NCBI GenBank assembly: GCA_965218425.1
Contig: OZ244621.1
Span: 96,001-160,000, forward strand
DNA length: 64,000 bases
Direction of reading: 5' to 3'
From: an uncultured Candidatus Binatia bacterium
GTDB lineage: Bacteria > Desulfobacterota > Binatia > UBA9968 > CAXXLF01
Positions 27,987 to 38,744 of the stretch are shown here, one piece after another. Made by a program: the position numbers and the translations under genes. Numbering within the stretch: the first letter of the stretch is position 1; every line of letters starts with the position of its first letter. The notes below the pieces were generated by a model. That model made no database searches. It was given only the letters and a program-made list of their open reading frames with translations, and was not told the DNA's origin.

Positions 27987-28099
27987 TCAACTTTCCCAAG
28001 CTGCCCCAACACCTTAACCACCTGAAAAAAGGCATCTGTTCTCACACCTGAGATGCGCTTCCAAAGCGCTCTGCCTAGTCGGAGGAACCATAATAATTC

Positions 28100-28894
28100 A
28101 TGCGGATTTTGTTGATAGTTGCCACCCTAAGCCTGTCGATGGCGGGCCTCAACGGAACAACGGCCAGTCGTAGCGTATTTGTTGCTACCACTACGAGTGT
28201 TAGAGACACCGGTTTGTTGAAACACTTGTTGCCCCATGTCCCCGCAATCGCAGTGGGCAGCGGGAAGGCGCTTCAGTTGGGGATGAGAAAAGAAGCTCAC
28301 CTGGTAATTTCCCATTACCCCGAACTTGAACGACAGTTTATGGCTGACGGTTTTGGCATCCTACGCCGGCCGTTCATGTATAACCGGTTCGTGATTGTCG
28401 GGCCATTTGATGATCCTGCCGGCATAAGCAATACGCGCACACTGACTGAAGCCTTCAAAGCGATATCTGTTAGCCGTGCGAGATTTATTTCAAGGGGCGA
28501 TGGCTCCGGAACCCATGCTAAAGAAATGGTCATCCGGTCGAAGGCTCATATATCGCCATTCTCATCCCGTTACGTCTCAACGGGTAGCGGCATGGGATCA
28601 ACCTTGGCGACGGCTGAAAGCCTCAAGGGATATACTTTGACGGACGAAGCGACCTTCGATATCCTGAATCCGAAGCTACGGATGTTTCCCTTTGAAGGTG
28701 ACATGAGCCTCAATCTGTACAGCGCCCTTCTAGTCTCCGAGGTGGCAAGGGACGCGTTCAATCACGTCACCTCAGTGGATGTTGCAAAGATCATTCGGCA
28801 AAAGGGTTTTGTACCATGCAGGGAGGATTCGACGGCGCCAGGAGGGCCACACCATCGCCGGGATTCCCGCACGGTGTGCCCGAGTTCATCGTAA
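28100..28894 (+). CDS. tupA: tungstate-binding protein TupA-like (short, possibly degenerate)
   Basis: ATTTSVRDTGLL, AVGSG.AL, MYNRFVIVGP..DPA, FISRGD.SGTH.KE, GMG.TL. Confidence 0.8.
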   Translation: MRILLIVATLSLSMAGLNGTTASRSVFVATTTSVRDTGLLKHLLPHVPAIAVGSGKALQLGMRKEAHLVISHYPELERQFMADGFGILRRPFMYNRFVIVGPFDDPAGISNTRTLTEAFKAISVSRARFISRGDGSGTHAKEMVIRSKAHISPFSSRYVSTGSGMGSTLATAESLKGYTLTDEATFDILNPKLRMFPFEGDMSLNLYSALLVSEVARDAFNHVTSVDVAKIIRQKGFVPCREDSTAPGGPHHRRDSRTVCPSSS

Positions 28895-28918
28895 CGATTG
28901 GTTCAGCATATATCGCCG

Positions 28919-29569
28919 TCAGGGTCTGCGGTTTGCCGCTAGGGCCCGCTGATAGGCCCCACGCGACGTATTCCTATTCATATAGCCCAAGACAAGATCG
29001 CTGAGCTTTAGCTTGTGGTTGTGGCCGGACACGATACAGGTGGTCAATAAAAGGTCTGCGCCGGTGAAGGTATCACCCAGAATAAACGGTCTCCCATCCG
29101 CCAATTTGAGATGTGCCACCCTGATCTGCTTTTCAAATCCCTCAAAGGCTGCACGCACCGCGTTGGGAGCCTCACCGTAGATCTCCTTGAGGCCCACGTG
29201 CCTGCGGACAACGTAGAGGGTAGTGGCGTCCAGTTCGGTCATACAGAAAAAACACCATTCGTAATAGGCCGCACGCTCAGGCGTACCTAACGGCGGTACT
29301 AACCCTTTAGATCCTCCATAGGTCTCCCCCAGATAGGTGACGATTGCTGCGCTCTCTGCCACCGTAAGATCTCCATCCTGCAGGAGGGGGACCTTCTCCC
29401 GGGGGTTGAGCCGGACATACTCGAGCTGCTGGGTTTCTCCAGTGCGAGGCCCGATTGGACGTCTTTCATATTCGAGTTCCAGCTCCTGGAGGATCCACTG
29501 AGCCCTCATGGTTCGTGGCGTTCCGGCTCCCCAAAGGATTAACCGAGGTTTTTCTGTTGCTTCGGCCAT
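28919..29569 (-). CDS. glutathione S-transferase family protein
   Basis: NPREKVP, ESAAI, FTGADL. Confidence 0.9.
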   Translation of the reverse strand: MAEATEKPRLILWGAGTPRTMRAQWILQELELEYERRPIGPRTGETQQLEYVRLNPREKVPLLQDGDLTVAESAAIVTYLGETYGGSKGLVPPLGTPERAAYYEWCFFCMTELDATTLYVVRRHVGLKEIYGEAPNAVRAAFEGFEKQIRVAHLKLADGRPFILGDTFTGADLLLTTCIVSGHNHKLKLSDLVLGYMNRNTSRGAYQRALAANRRP

Positions 29570-29822
29570 GTCACCTCCCAAATTGGAGAAAGAGTATCCG
29601 ACAAATGGGATACCAGGTCAAATGGTCACAGCAATCTTGTTAAGGAAGGACCCGTAGGGGGCTACGGCTCGCCCGGGGAAAGCAGCCGTAAATGCCATTC
29701 ATGGGAATCGAACTCCCCAAGCCTCCGACGCTTGGATTTTTTGGTCGGCGTTGTGCTATATTGACGTCCTGAATTAGGTCTGCAATTTGAGCCATCACCT
29801 CAGGCTCAACATGGCCCATAAA

Positions 29823-29900
29823 GTCCCCGTCGTCTAGCCTGGCCCAGGACACCGGCCTTTCACGCCGGCAACACGGGTTCGAATCCCGTCGGGGACACCA
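29823..29900 (+). tRNA. tRNA-Glu (TTC)
   Basis: acceptor GTCCCCG/CGGGGAC, anticodon arm CCGGC-CTTTCAC-GCCGG, GGTTCGAATCC, encoded CCA. Confidence 0.97.
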
Positions 29901-29990
29901 ATGTATTCACGAACTTAGCGGGTTGCGGTTTGAAAACGGTTTGATCGGGGTGGGTGAGCTCGACGGTTTCGCAAGATTTCTTAACTCAAG

Positions 29991-30236
29991 TTGGCCAACC
30001 AACACATTGTCGATGACTGCGAAAGCATTACCCTTAAGCTCTTCAATCAACCAGACTACGAGCCCCACGTGGTCGCGGCTGATGAAGGCAACGACTTGGC
30101 CATCCTGAAGACTAAGTACCAGCCACGATCACGTGCCGTGTTGCGCGGTGATACAGGTGCCCGTCACGGTGACAGTGTCACGGCCGTAGGATATCCATTG
30201 TTTTTTGGAATTCAGGTGTTGTATTCAGAGCGGTAA
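29991..30236 (+). pseudogene. trypsin-like (S1C) serine protease remnant
   Basis: NQHIVDDC, NDLAIL, GDSVTAVGYPL; catalytic Ser region absent. Confidence 0.65.
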
Positions 30237-30423
30237 GGAACCCTCCGATCCGGTGTTGCAAATTATTTCTGGATCGACTATGTATTTTCCTGATTTGTTC
30301 GGGGTGCTCCAGGTGGTTCGCACCCCAGGAGATTAGGAAAAGATCCACCGCTGCGGGGTGGGGGATTGCCATTCGAACGATTATCTTTGTGACACTGGGT
30401 TAGTCGGACTCAATATGGGCACC

Positions 30424-30648
30424 AGGATGAATACCGCGGCGAGGCGTATTAGCCATCACATAAACATATGCAAGCTTGTTCTAAAGGACCCTCGCACGCC
30501 AAAACAGGCAAAGGCTACCATGGGATTCGCGGTGGCCTGTCTACCTTTCCCCTTGAGTTTTACGGTCTCACCGATTTTAATCATCGCAGCGCTGAGAATG
30601 ATTCCACAAGAAATCATTGAAGCTAGCAAGCCCAGCCTAAATAGTTGA
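30424..30648 (+). pseudogene. YkvA/DUF1232 remnant
   Basis: LKDPRTP..AK and ALRMIP.EII retained; central DLIPDFIP..G..DD core missing. Confidence 0.6.
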
Positions 30649-30657
30649 GTTGCCAAA

Positions 30658-30846
30658 TTGCCCGACAATATTGTTTGGTTCATCATCTTACTTGCATTTG
30701 TTTTTGCCTTTTTAATTGCCTATGGCGTCCTGTGGAATCTAATCGGTATCTGGCTCATGGGGCGAAAAATCGAAAAACGAGAACACCCAACCAAGGATAT
30801 TGACAGTTCGGAATCCATCAATAGTCACGATTCCAGTCGTCCGTAG
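30658..30846 (+). CDS. small membrane protein
   Basis: single strongly hydrophobic N-terminal helix. Confidence 0.35.
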   Translation: MPDNIVWFIILLAFVFAFLIAYGVLWNLIGIWLMGRKIEKREHPTKDIDSSESINSHDSSRP

Positions 30847-31081
30847 TAACAACCGCCCACCCACTTCAGCCCTGGCAATCCCGCTGAAATATTCACACCC
30901 GCCCACGGTCGGAAAACTTTTCCAGCTCAACAACGGGATTCGTTTGGAAAGCTTTAAGAAATCCTAAATGCCAACGGTTGCAGACTTAATATTTGTCTCG
31001 CGGGACGCGCCTGGTGTTATTTGACCTGCGCTCTTTGCCTCTAGATTGAATTCAAAGTCCATCAGGAGCGATTGACTATAA

Positions 31082-31873
31082 ATGATTCAAGGAATTGTAT
31101 TGGGCATCATTCAGGGCGTTACGGAATGGCTTCCCGTGAGCTCTGAGGGGACTATAGTTCTCGCAAAGCTGCATCTGTTTGGTTCGAACGATATCGAGGA
31201 CATGATTCATCTAGCCCTAACTCTTCATTTAGGAACATTCCTTGCAGCCCTAATCTATTTTCGAAAAGAGGTGTTGACCTTAGCAAAATCCACCTTTCAC
31301 TACACAACCGCTTCTCAGGAACAAAGAGCCACCATTCAGTTCCTTATGGTTGCCACACTCATCAGTGGCATTGTGGGATTCATCCTCTTAAAAACACTCA
31401 TCTATTTTGAGGACGGTCTGGCGGCTTCCGGAAAATTAATTACCATGGCTATTGGTTGTTTGTTGCTCGTTACCGCGGGTTTTCAATTCGCCCAACACGA
31501 ATTCGCTTGGAAAGGCCCTCAGGACACTACCCCCACGGATGGATTTCTTCTCGGTATCGTTCAGGGTTTCTCGGTTTTACCTGGTCTCTCACGATCAGGC
31601 CTGACCATTTCGGCTCTACTGTTGAGAAATTTTGATGACACCCATGCTTTGACCCTGAGCTTCCTCATGAGTCTCCCGGTTGTTCTTGGAGGGAATATTA
31701 TGCTGAATCTTGGCGATCCCTTAATTAACGGGACCACTTTATGGGGATGCCTGTTTGCATTTCTTTTTGGTCTGGCAACGATCCATATACTTCTGAAACT
31801 CAGCAGAAAAATGAATTTCGCCTATTTTGTTCTTTTCTTTGGTCTACTGATGATTGCTTCTGGAATCTGGTGA
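31082..31873 (+). CDS. uppP: undecaprenyl-diphosphate phosphatase
   Basis: QGVTEWLPVSS, LHLGT, PGLSRSG motifs. Confidence 0.93.
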   Translation: MIQGIVLGIIQGVTEWLPVSSEGTIVLAKLHLFGSNDIEDMIHLALTLHLGTFLAALIYFRKEVLTLAKSTFHYTTASQEQRATIQFLMVATLISGIVGFILLKTLIYFEDGLAASGKLITMAIGCLLLVTAGFQFAQHEFAWKGPQDTTPTDGFLLGIVQGFSVLPGLSRSGLTISALLLRNFDDTHALTLSFLMSLPVVLGGNIMLNLGDPLINGTTLWGCLFAFLFGLATIHILLKLSRKMNFAYFVLFFGLLMIASGIW

Positions 31874-31982
31874 ACCCCGTATCACGGACTCACGTCCGTG
31901 GCTTTGGGCCGCTTCCTTCCAGGGAAGTTCGGAACATTCATCTCCTGACTCACGTCCAGAGGTTCTGTGGTTCGGGGTGAAC
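31870..31982 (+). repeat. ~113-bp double-hairpin repeat element, copy 2
   Basis: CACGGAC-TCAC-GTCCGTG hairpin plus second GACTCACGTC hairpin; GTGAAC at both ends; overlaps uppP stop. Confidence 0.8.
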
Positions 31983-32084
31983 CTGCGGGAAGGGGGCGGG
32001 AACAAGATGAGATGCTCGCGGGGAAGGCTTCCTGACGGTTGTCAGGTTTAAAGGGAAAACACGAAACGCTACTCTGACTGCGGA

Positions 32085-32250
32085 CTAACAAATTCCCCCA
32101 ATTTTCAAGATCATGAATTCGAGAAGAGTACTCACAATGGCTAGGACATAAAACCCAACACCTGTAGCCATACCGATGCCGCACACGAACCAAATGGTTG
32201 CGGCCGATGTCAGACCCTGAATTTCCTTCCGGGTTCGAAGTATGGTTCTC
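32085..32250 (-). pseudogene. MgtC/SapB family remnant
   Basis: IQGLTSAATIWFVCGIGMATGVGFY; no N-terminal half. Confidence 0.7.
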
Positions 32251-32659
32251 TCTTCCTTCGAGTAGCGGTGAAAATTACTTATTCAGTTAAAATGGCCCAT
32301 GGAAGTAATCTATCTTGGCATTCCGGATCATACCCACCCTCGCCCCACCCCACCTTGGGCAGCGCAACTACTGACGGTTAGAAATATCACGAGGTTCAAG
32401 TAGGATGATCCGACTTGGAATTAACACTATTCCTTCTCCTCACCGCCAGGGCTAACCAAGAAGTTGAGCAAAACTAATACCAACGTGCCCAGTGACCTGC
32501 TCCCCTTGAAAATCCACAATAGTCCATATTCGTTGCAGCCATTCAATATGTAATAGTCCAACATTAAAATACAAGTCCATTCGGTTCTTGGACACGAATT
32601 ATGCCAATTTGCTTTTGACTATGGCTTTTTATAGTCTCTCCACCGGGAGACTGGAGAGA

Positions 32660-33895
32660 TTGAAGGCATTTTTTAAGGTTGTCACTCCACAGGAAGCCAT
32701 ACGCCTCCTTCTGGATGTAAGTCAGGTGGAAACGGAGCGTATCAGAACTACTGAGGCACACGCTCGAGTGCTGGCCGCAAACCTGTATTCGCCAGTGGAC
32801 CTTCCTCATTTCCATAGGGCGGGTATGGACGGATACGCAGTGAAGGCCCAGGACACCTTCGGGGCTAGCACCAGTCTTCCAGCCTATCTAGAGCTCGTTG
32901 GCTTCGTTGAAATGGGACAACAGGTCACGCAACCTTTGGCCAAAGGAGAGGCCATGCGTATTTCCACCGGGGGCATGTTGCCTCCCGAGAGTGACGCAGT
33001 GGTAATGGTGGAGTACACGGAAGAGGTGGGACATCAAAGGGTTGAGATCCAGAGGGGAGTGTCGCCTTGGCAAAATACCATCCAGATCGGCGACGACATC
33101 AAGAAGGGAGAGTTGGTCTTCCGTCGCGGCCGGCGTCTCAGAGCTCATGATGTGGGTGCCCTGACGGGAATCGGGATCTCGAAACTGACGGTGCACCGTA
33201 AACCGCGAGTGGCCCTCATCTCTACGGGAGATGAGATAGTGGAGGCCGAGCAAATACCTCTCCCGGGACAGATACGAAACATCAACCAACATTCCCTGGC
33301 GGGCCTCATTGCTGAGTGCGGTGCAGAGTTACAAGACCTGGGGGTCATTCGGGATCAAAAAAATAGCCTTTTCGCGGCATTGACGCAGGCCCTGGGATCG
33401 TCTGATCTCGTGCTCATTTCCGGCGGAAGCTCCGTGGGTGCCAGAGATATCGCCTTGGATGCCATTTGTTCCCTCCCTGAGGCCACAGTAATATTTCATG
33501 GCATTTCAGTGAGCCCCGGGAAACCCACCATCTTTGCCAAGGCCGCGGGTAAACCTCTGCTCGGTCTCCCGGGCTATCCCGTTTCAGCTCTGGTGATATT
33601 TGATCTCTTTGCCGCGCCCTTGATTGGAAAACTCGGCGGTGAGGATATCGCCGCGTCGTCTCATTTTCAAAAGACCTCTCGAGCAATTCTCAAAACCAAC
33701 ATTACCTCCCAGACGGGCCGTGAGGATTATATTCGCGTATGTCTGACAAGAACCAACGGCACCCTTTACGCTGAGCCCCTCCCGAGCAAATCAGGCGCGA
33801 TCTTTACCTTGGTGAAGGCGGACGGAATGATCAGGGTGGACCTAAACCAGGAGGGAATCGAGCAGGGGGAAGAAGTGGAAGTGATCCTCTTTTAG
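32660..33895 (+). CDS. moeA: molybdopterin molybdo/tungstotransferase MoeA
   Basis: MDGYAV, ISTGG, STGDE, SGGSSVG, PGKP, GLPGYP; probable TTG start. Confidence 0.95.
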   Translation: MKAFFKVVTPQEAIRLLLDVSQVETERIRTTEAHARVLAANLYSPVDLPHFHRAGMDGYAVKAQDTFGASTSLPAYLELVGFVEMGQQVTQPLAKGEAMRISTGGMLPPESDAVVMVEYTEEVGHQRVEIQRGVSPWQNTIQIGDDIKKGELVFRRGRRLRAHDVGALTGIGISKLTVHRKPRVALISTGDEIVEAEQIPLPGQIRNINQHSLAGLIAECGAELQDLGVIRDQKNSLFAALTQALGSSDLVLISGGSSVGARDIALDAICSLPEATVIFHGISVSPGKPTIFAKAAGKPLLGLPGYPVSALVIFDLFAAPLIGKLGGEDIAASSHFQKTSRAILKTNITSQTGREDYIRVCLTRTNGTLYAEPLPSKSGAIFTLVKADGMIRVDLNQEGIEQGEEVEVILF

Positions 33896-33908
33896 CGGAC
33901 CTAGTTCA

Positions 33909-35840
33909 ATGGCGCGAAAAAGATATTTGAAGAAAACTCCCCTCAGAGAAGCTCGGGAACTCATTCTAGCCGCCATCGACCCGTCATCCCTGGACAACGA
34001 AACCGTCCCCGTTCAGGATGCACTCCATCGGATCACATGCGAGCCCATCTTTGCCAAGATTTCCTCCCCCCACTACCATAGCGCCGCCATGGACGGTATC
34101 TGTGTTCGCGCACAGGACACCTTTGATGCAACGGAGTTTTCGCCCAAGCGATTAAGCCTCACTTCATCCGATTCGGCACCGCAGAACTGTTTTCGCTACG
34201 TCGATACGGGTAACGCCCTGCCCTCCTGGTCCGATGCCGTCGTCATGATCGAGAAGGTTAGGCAACTGAACGCAACAACAGTGGAGATCTTGGAATCCTC
34301 CACCCCCTGGCAAAATGTACGCCTGGTGGGTGAAGATGTGGTGGCCACAGAGCCCCTACTCCCCCGTTGCCACCGCCTTCGCTCCTATGATCTGGGAGCT
34401 CTTTTGGCGGCGGGTCATGTGACGGTGAAGGTCCGGTCTCGTCCCAGGGTTGCCATTATTCCCACAGGGGATGAGCTCATCCTGCCTGGGGAAGAGGCAG
34501 GGCCGGGACACATCATTGAATTTAACTCCACCGTGTTGGCAGCGCTGATTCGAGAATGGGGAGGAGTCCCCACGGTGCTTCCCCCAGTGAGCGATGACCC
34601 CGTCAAGCTAAAACTGGCCTTAGAAACTGCCCTGAAAGAAAACCACATAGTCAACATCATCGCAGGATCCTCAGCGGGAGAACATGACTTCACCGCCCAA
34701 ATCGTCGAAGAGGCGGGAAAACTCCTGGTCCATGGTATCGACATCATGCCGGGGAAACCCGCTGTGTTGGGTTCCGTTGGGGGCAAGCCCGTGGTTGGCA
34801 TCCCGGGGTACCCGGTATCCGCCATTGTGGTGGCACGGGAGATCATGCAGCCCGCCCTGGAAAAGTTCCTCGGAGCACGTTTGACTCCCCAGCTAAAGGT
34901 TCGGGCCATAGTGCCAAAAAAACTCCCCTCCCCCCTCGGTCTAGAAGAGTTCGTTCGAGTTAATTTAGGTCGAGTGCAGGAACACTTAATGGCCGTACCC
35001 TTGAGGCGTGGAGCAGGGGTCATCACCACCATGGTCCAGGCCGACGGATTGTTGCGAATCCCCAGTCTCACAGAAGGCATCAACGCTGGTGAGGAAGTGG
35101 AGGTGGAGCTCTTACGTTCTCCCGAGGATATAGAAAACACCATCCTGTGCACCGGCAGTCACGATCTCTCCATTGGAGTTCTCGAAGACCAACTCAAGCG
35201 CCGCCATCCGGCACTAAAGATCGCCTCCACAAACGTAGGCAGTTTGGGCGGGCTATTCTCCCTCCAACGAGGTGAGACCCACATGGCCGGCACTCACCTA
35301 TTGGACCCGGAGACAGGGTCATACAATATTCCCGATATCAAACGGACCCTCCCCGGCCTTCCTGTGACCCTGGTTCACTTGGTCCAACGGCGGCAGGGTC
35401 TTATGGTCCAAAAGGGAAATCCCAAAGGGATTCGGGGGCTGGGAGACCTAGCGCAAGACAATGTTCGCTTCATCAATCGCCAGCCAGGCTCAGGCACCAG
35501 GGTCCTGCTCGATTTCGAGCTCAAGCGAATGGGCGTTGAGCCTGCCACCATTCAGGGATACAACCGGGAGGAGTTCACTCACATGGGGGTAGCCGTGTCC
35601 ATCAGCAGCGGCCTTTCGGACGTGGGCCTGGGGGTCCGATCCGCCGCCAATGCCCTTGACCTGGAGTTCATTCCAGTGGGACAAGAACAATACGACCTTC
35701 TCTTGCTGCGAGGATTCCTCGAAACCGGAATGGGGCAAAGGCTGCTGGAGATTATTCGATGTGACGAATTCAGACGGGCAGTGGAAGGCCTGGGGGGCTA
35801 CGACGCAAGCGCAAGTGGGGAGATCCTTTTTTCACAGTAA
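33909..35840 (+). CDS. moeA: MoeA fused to C-terminal periplasmic-binding-protein (PBP) domain
   Basis: MoeA motifs plus GSHD, VGSLGG, NRQPGSGTR, GGYD. Confidence 0.93.
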   Translation: MARKRYLKKTPLREARELILAAIDPSSLDNETVPVQDALHRITCEPIFAKISSPHYHSAAMDGICVRAQDTFDATEFSPKRLSLTSSDSAPQNCFRYVDTGNALPSWSDAVVMIEKVRQLNATTVEILESSTPWQNVRLVGEDVVATEPLLPRCHRLRSYDLGALLAAGHVTVKVRSRPRVAIIPTGDELILPGEEAGPGHIIEFNSTVLAALIREWGGVPTVLPPVSDDPVKLKLALETALKENHIVNIIAGSSAGEHDFTAQIVEEAGKLLVHGIDIMPGKPAVLGSVGGKPVVGIPGYPVSAIVVAREIMQPALEKFLGARLTPQLKVRAIVPKKLPSPLGLEEFVRVNLGRVQEHLMAVPLRRGAGVITTMVQADGLLRIPSLTEGINAGEEVEVELLRSPEDIENTILCTGSHDLSIGVLEDQLKRRHPALKIASTNVGSLGGLFSLQRGETHMAGTHLLDPETGSYNIPDIKRTLPGLPVTLVHLVQRRQGLMVQKGNPKGIRGLGDLAQDNVRFINRQPGSGTRVLLDFELKRMGVEPATIQGYNREEFTHMGVAVSISSGLSDVGLGVRSAANALDLEFIPVGQEQYDLLLLRGFLETGMGQRLLEIIRCDEFRRAVEGLGGYDASASGEILFSQ

Positions 35841-35891
35841 TCTTTAACATCCATTGACACCAACGGCATCAAGAACGGGGGAGTTGAGACC

Positions 35892-36845
35892 ATGGCCAAA
35901 CCAACTGATTTCAAAATTGCTGTTACGTCGCGAGGGAGAACGGAGATTGCCGTCAGGCTATTACCCTCCTTCTATGATCTGGTACCGGATCCTGCCAATA
36001 CCCACGTCACCCTTGTGGTTGGAAGCGGTGACTCTGAGATTGGTGGAATCGGGACGCCCATGATCGTGGGAAACAAGAAATTTCACTTCGGTTTCTGCAA
36101 TCCGGCCGCGGTCGGTCGCATGGCGGTTCTGGGCAGGGGGTTTTATAAAAAGAATATTCCCCTCAGGGCCATTGGAGTTTTTCCCTCCTGGGACCGATTG
36201 GTCTTCGCTGTACACAGGGACACGGGAATTCATTCCCTGGAAGAAATCAAGGAAAGAAAATACCCTCTAATCGTCTCCACCCGGTTGCTCGGAAAATACC
36301 GGGGCACCGTGCTGGCCGTTGAAGAGACTTTAAAAGCATACGGCTTTGGCCTGGCGGACATCGAAAAGTGGGGCGGCAAGATTCTTCGAGTCACGAATCC
36401 CGGTTCGCCGCAGCGCGCCAAACATATTTCCGAAGGTCAGGCCAATGCTGTCTTTGACGAGGGAATAAAAAACTGGGGGTCTCGAGCGCTCAACTCAGGA
36501 ATAAGGTTTTTACCCATCAGTGACAAGGTCCTGAACCGGCTGGAAAAGATCGGTTTTTCCAGGAGCTCACTGAGCCCGGAGAATTTTCCGGAACTGGGTC
36601 AGGAGGTGCCCACGGTGGATTTCAGCGGTTGGCTTTTGTTTTGTCACCCACAACTGCCGAGCCGGATCGCCTATGCCATGGCAAAGGCGGTTGATCTTGA
36701 GTGCCCAAGGATTCCCGTTGATCATTTTCACAAACGAGCCATGATCATGGAAGAATTCTGTCAGGGGGGAGAAGGTGGGCCTTTGACCCTACCACTCCAC
36801 CCCGGGGCGAAGAAGTATTATCGGGAAAAAGGCTATTTACCCTAG
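35892..36845 (+). CDS. TAXI-type TRAP solute-binding protein-like (no obvious signal peptide)
   Basis: GIHSLEEI, PLHPGAKKYYREKG C-terminal motif. Confidence 0.8.
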   Translation: MAKPTDFKIAVTSRGRTEIAVRLLPSFYDLVPDPANTHVTLVVGSGDSEIGGIGTPMIVGNKKFHFGFCNPAAVGRMAVLGRGFYKKNIPLRAIGVFPSWDRLVFAVHRDTGIHSLEEIKERKYPLIVSTRLLGKYRGTVLAVEETLKAYGFGLADIEKWGGKILRVTNPGSPQRAKHISEGQANAVFDEGIKNWGSRALNSGIRFLPISDKVLNRLEKIGFSRSSLSPENFPELGQEVPTVDFSGWLLFCHPQLPSRIAYAMAKAVDLECPRIPVDHFHKRAMIMEEFCQGGEGGPLTLPLHPGAKKYYREKGYLP

Positions 36846-38732
36846 TTAATCCAGCTGACTCCAGTCGCGAAATTCTTCCAACCCTAACTTGGCCAGGGTA
36901 TCCATATAAGGACGACCCGTTTTGGGATGTCTTCCCGAAAGAGTGTAGTATTCCTCAACCATGGCCGGGAGCCACTTGGCGATGGTAAAACCCTTGTACT
37001 TTCCGTCTGGGACCGGCTCGAGGAACCTAGGACCTACATCCTTCCAGTCTTCCTCGGCACTCCAGCCTCTCTGCAATGCAAAGATGGATTGCAAGACCAC
37101 GCTCCTGAAACCCGCATCGAGACCTTCATCCAGGTCAAAATTCCACCCCGTGGTGGCGTTCAGGGAGTCCACCACGCTGTTTAGGGCATCAGGCCGGGCA
37201 TGACTCACGGCAAACCAGCAACCTCCAATGAGGCCGGTGAACTGACGGTGCCATTCGGATAAGACCTGAGACCAGGGCCAACCCGCGGGATCATCCCGGT
37301 CCAGCGGACCCCAATTTTCGCGATACCGAAGATCTGGAGATGGTTTGTCGGACCCTCCCCCTTGGGGCTTCATTCCCCCACTGGCAACGATCTCGCGGAG
37401 CATCTGTCCAAAGTGGGGCCGCCAATCATGCAGGGCGGGTGTCCCCTTTTTCGTGTGCACCACCCACTGGCGGGCCTCTCCCCCAATGGCATCAGCCACC
37501 TGGGTGGGTCCGTCAGCAATGAGATTTCCCCAGCGGCCCTCGCGACGGGCTGCCATATCCAGCAACCGTGAGATGGTCTCGACGTCGCCCCACTCAAAAC
37601 GAAGTCCCTCGGTTTGATCAGGCCCCAGGAGGCCCTTTTCCCAAGCCTCGAAGGCCACAGCCACTCCACAGGAAAAATGACTGCACTCGATCCCCACGTC
37701 ATTGATTCTCTCAGCGAGGTAAAGAGCGTCGCTTCCCTTGACGCCAAGGTTAAAGAAGGAGTCCATCCATTCGCTGCCTGCGTTGAAGTGCCCAACCACC
37801 CCTGGATGAGAACCGTTTCTGAGCTCAACATCCTCGGGACAACATGCCTGGCACTGGAAGCACGGCCGTAACGTTATTCGATTTTCATCAAACCCGCGCG
37901 CGTGATCAGAAATGAGGGTGCTACGATAGTTCAGGTTGGGTACTGCTTCTAAATGCACCGCGTGACCGGCGGAGTCCATTACCCCGGAATTTCTCCTAAG
38001 CACCTTGCGCCACCGAAGCCCCGCCTCAATGAGTTTTCCCTTGTCCCGGATGGGCGGTCTCATGGTCCCGCTCACCACAATGGCCTTGAGTTTCTTGGAG
38101 CCAAAAATTGCCCCGCCGCTGTGGGAAGCGCTGTGGTTGTAGTCGTTGCATAGCATCGCGGCGCCGTTAAGGTTCTCACCCGCCGGCCCGATGCACAGCA
38201 CCCTGGCATCCTTGATCCCCACCTCCGCCCTCAGAAGATCCTCCGTATCCCTGGAGCCCTTTCCCCACACCCGGCTGGCATCTCGAAGCTCGGGTTTCCC
38301 GTCATTGATGAATAAGTAAGTGGGCTTGTGTGAAACCCCTTCCACGATTAAGCCATCGTAGCCTGCGGACTTCAGATAAACTGCCCAGAAACCGCTGGCA
38401 GCGCCCCGACCCAGGGTATGTCCTGTGAGTGGACTGAGAAAGATGGCCGTTACTTTGGTTCCACCTGGCGTCAGGCCAGTCCCCGTGATGGGCCCTGTCA
38501 TCAGCACTACTTTGCTTTCAGGACCTAAAGGCTTCGCGTCCAGGGGGAGTTCGTGGAGCAAGGTGTACAGGGCCAGGGCCTGTCCGCCAAGGAGCTTCCT
38601 GAGCACGGGCTCTTCCGGCAGATTTTCATCCTTCATGGTCCCGGAGGTCAGGTCCACACGTAGGATCTTGCCCATGTATCCGCCCGGCAATACCGTCTTA
38701 CGTTCACGAGGGAATAGTTCACCATCGAACAT
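36846..38732 (-). CDS. aldehyde:ferredoxin oxidoreductase (AOR/WOR) family, divergent
   Basis: GGYMGKILRVDL, SPLTG, GYDG, IGPAGEN, GSKKLKAI, CxxCxxxC, EEYY. Confidence 0.92.
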   Translation of the reverse strand: MFDGELFPRERKTVLPGGYMGKILRVDLTSGTMKDENLPEEPVLRKLLGGQALALYTLLHELPLDAKPLGPESKVVLMTGPITGTGLTPGGTKVTAIFLSPLTGHTLGRGAASGFWAVYLKSAGYDGLIVEGVSHKPTYLFINDGKPELRDASRVWGKGSRDTEDLLRAEVGIKDARVLCIGPAGENLNGAAMLCNDYNHSASHSGGAIFGSKKLKAIVVSGTMRPPIRDKGKLIEAGLRWRKVLRRNSGVMDSAGHAVHLEAVPNLNYRSTLISDHARGFDENRITLRPCFQCQACCPEDVELRNGSHPGVVGHFNAGSEWMDSFFNLGVKGSDALYLAERINDVGIECSHFSCGVAVAFEAWEKGLLGPDQTEGLRFEWGDVETISRLLDMAARREGRWGNLIADGPTQVADAIGGEARQWVVHTKKGTPALHDWRPHFGQMLREIVASGGMKPQGGGSDKPSPDLRYRENWGPLDRDDPAGWPWSQVLSEWHRQFTGLIGGCWFAVSHARPDALNSVVDSLNATTGWNFDLDEGLDAGFRSVVLQSIFALQRGWSAEEDWKDVGPRFLEPVPDGKYKGFTIAKWLPAMVEEYYTLSGRHPKTGRPYMDTLAKLGLEEFRDWSQLD

Positions 38733-38744
38733 TCTAGATTCCTC

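Noticed and set aside
29700..29740. GGGGAGTTCGATTCCC on minus strand resembling a tRNA T-arm (tRNA-Sec?)
   Set aside because: No acceptor stem, D-arm or anticodon arm can be built around it.
32300..32650. Moco/tungsten riboswitch upstream of moeA
   Set aside because: Could not identify the conserved stems or motifs.
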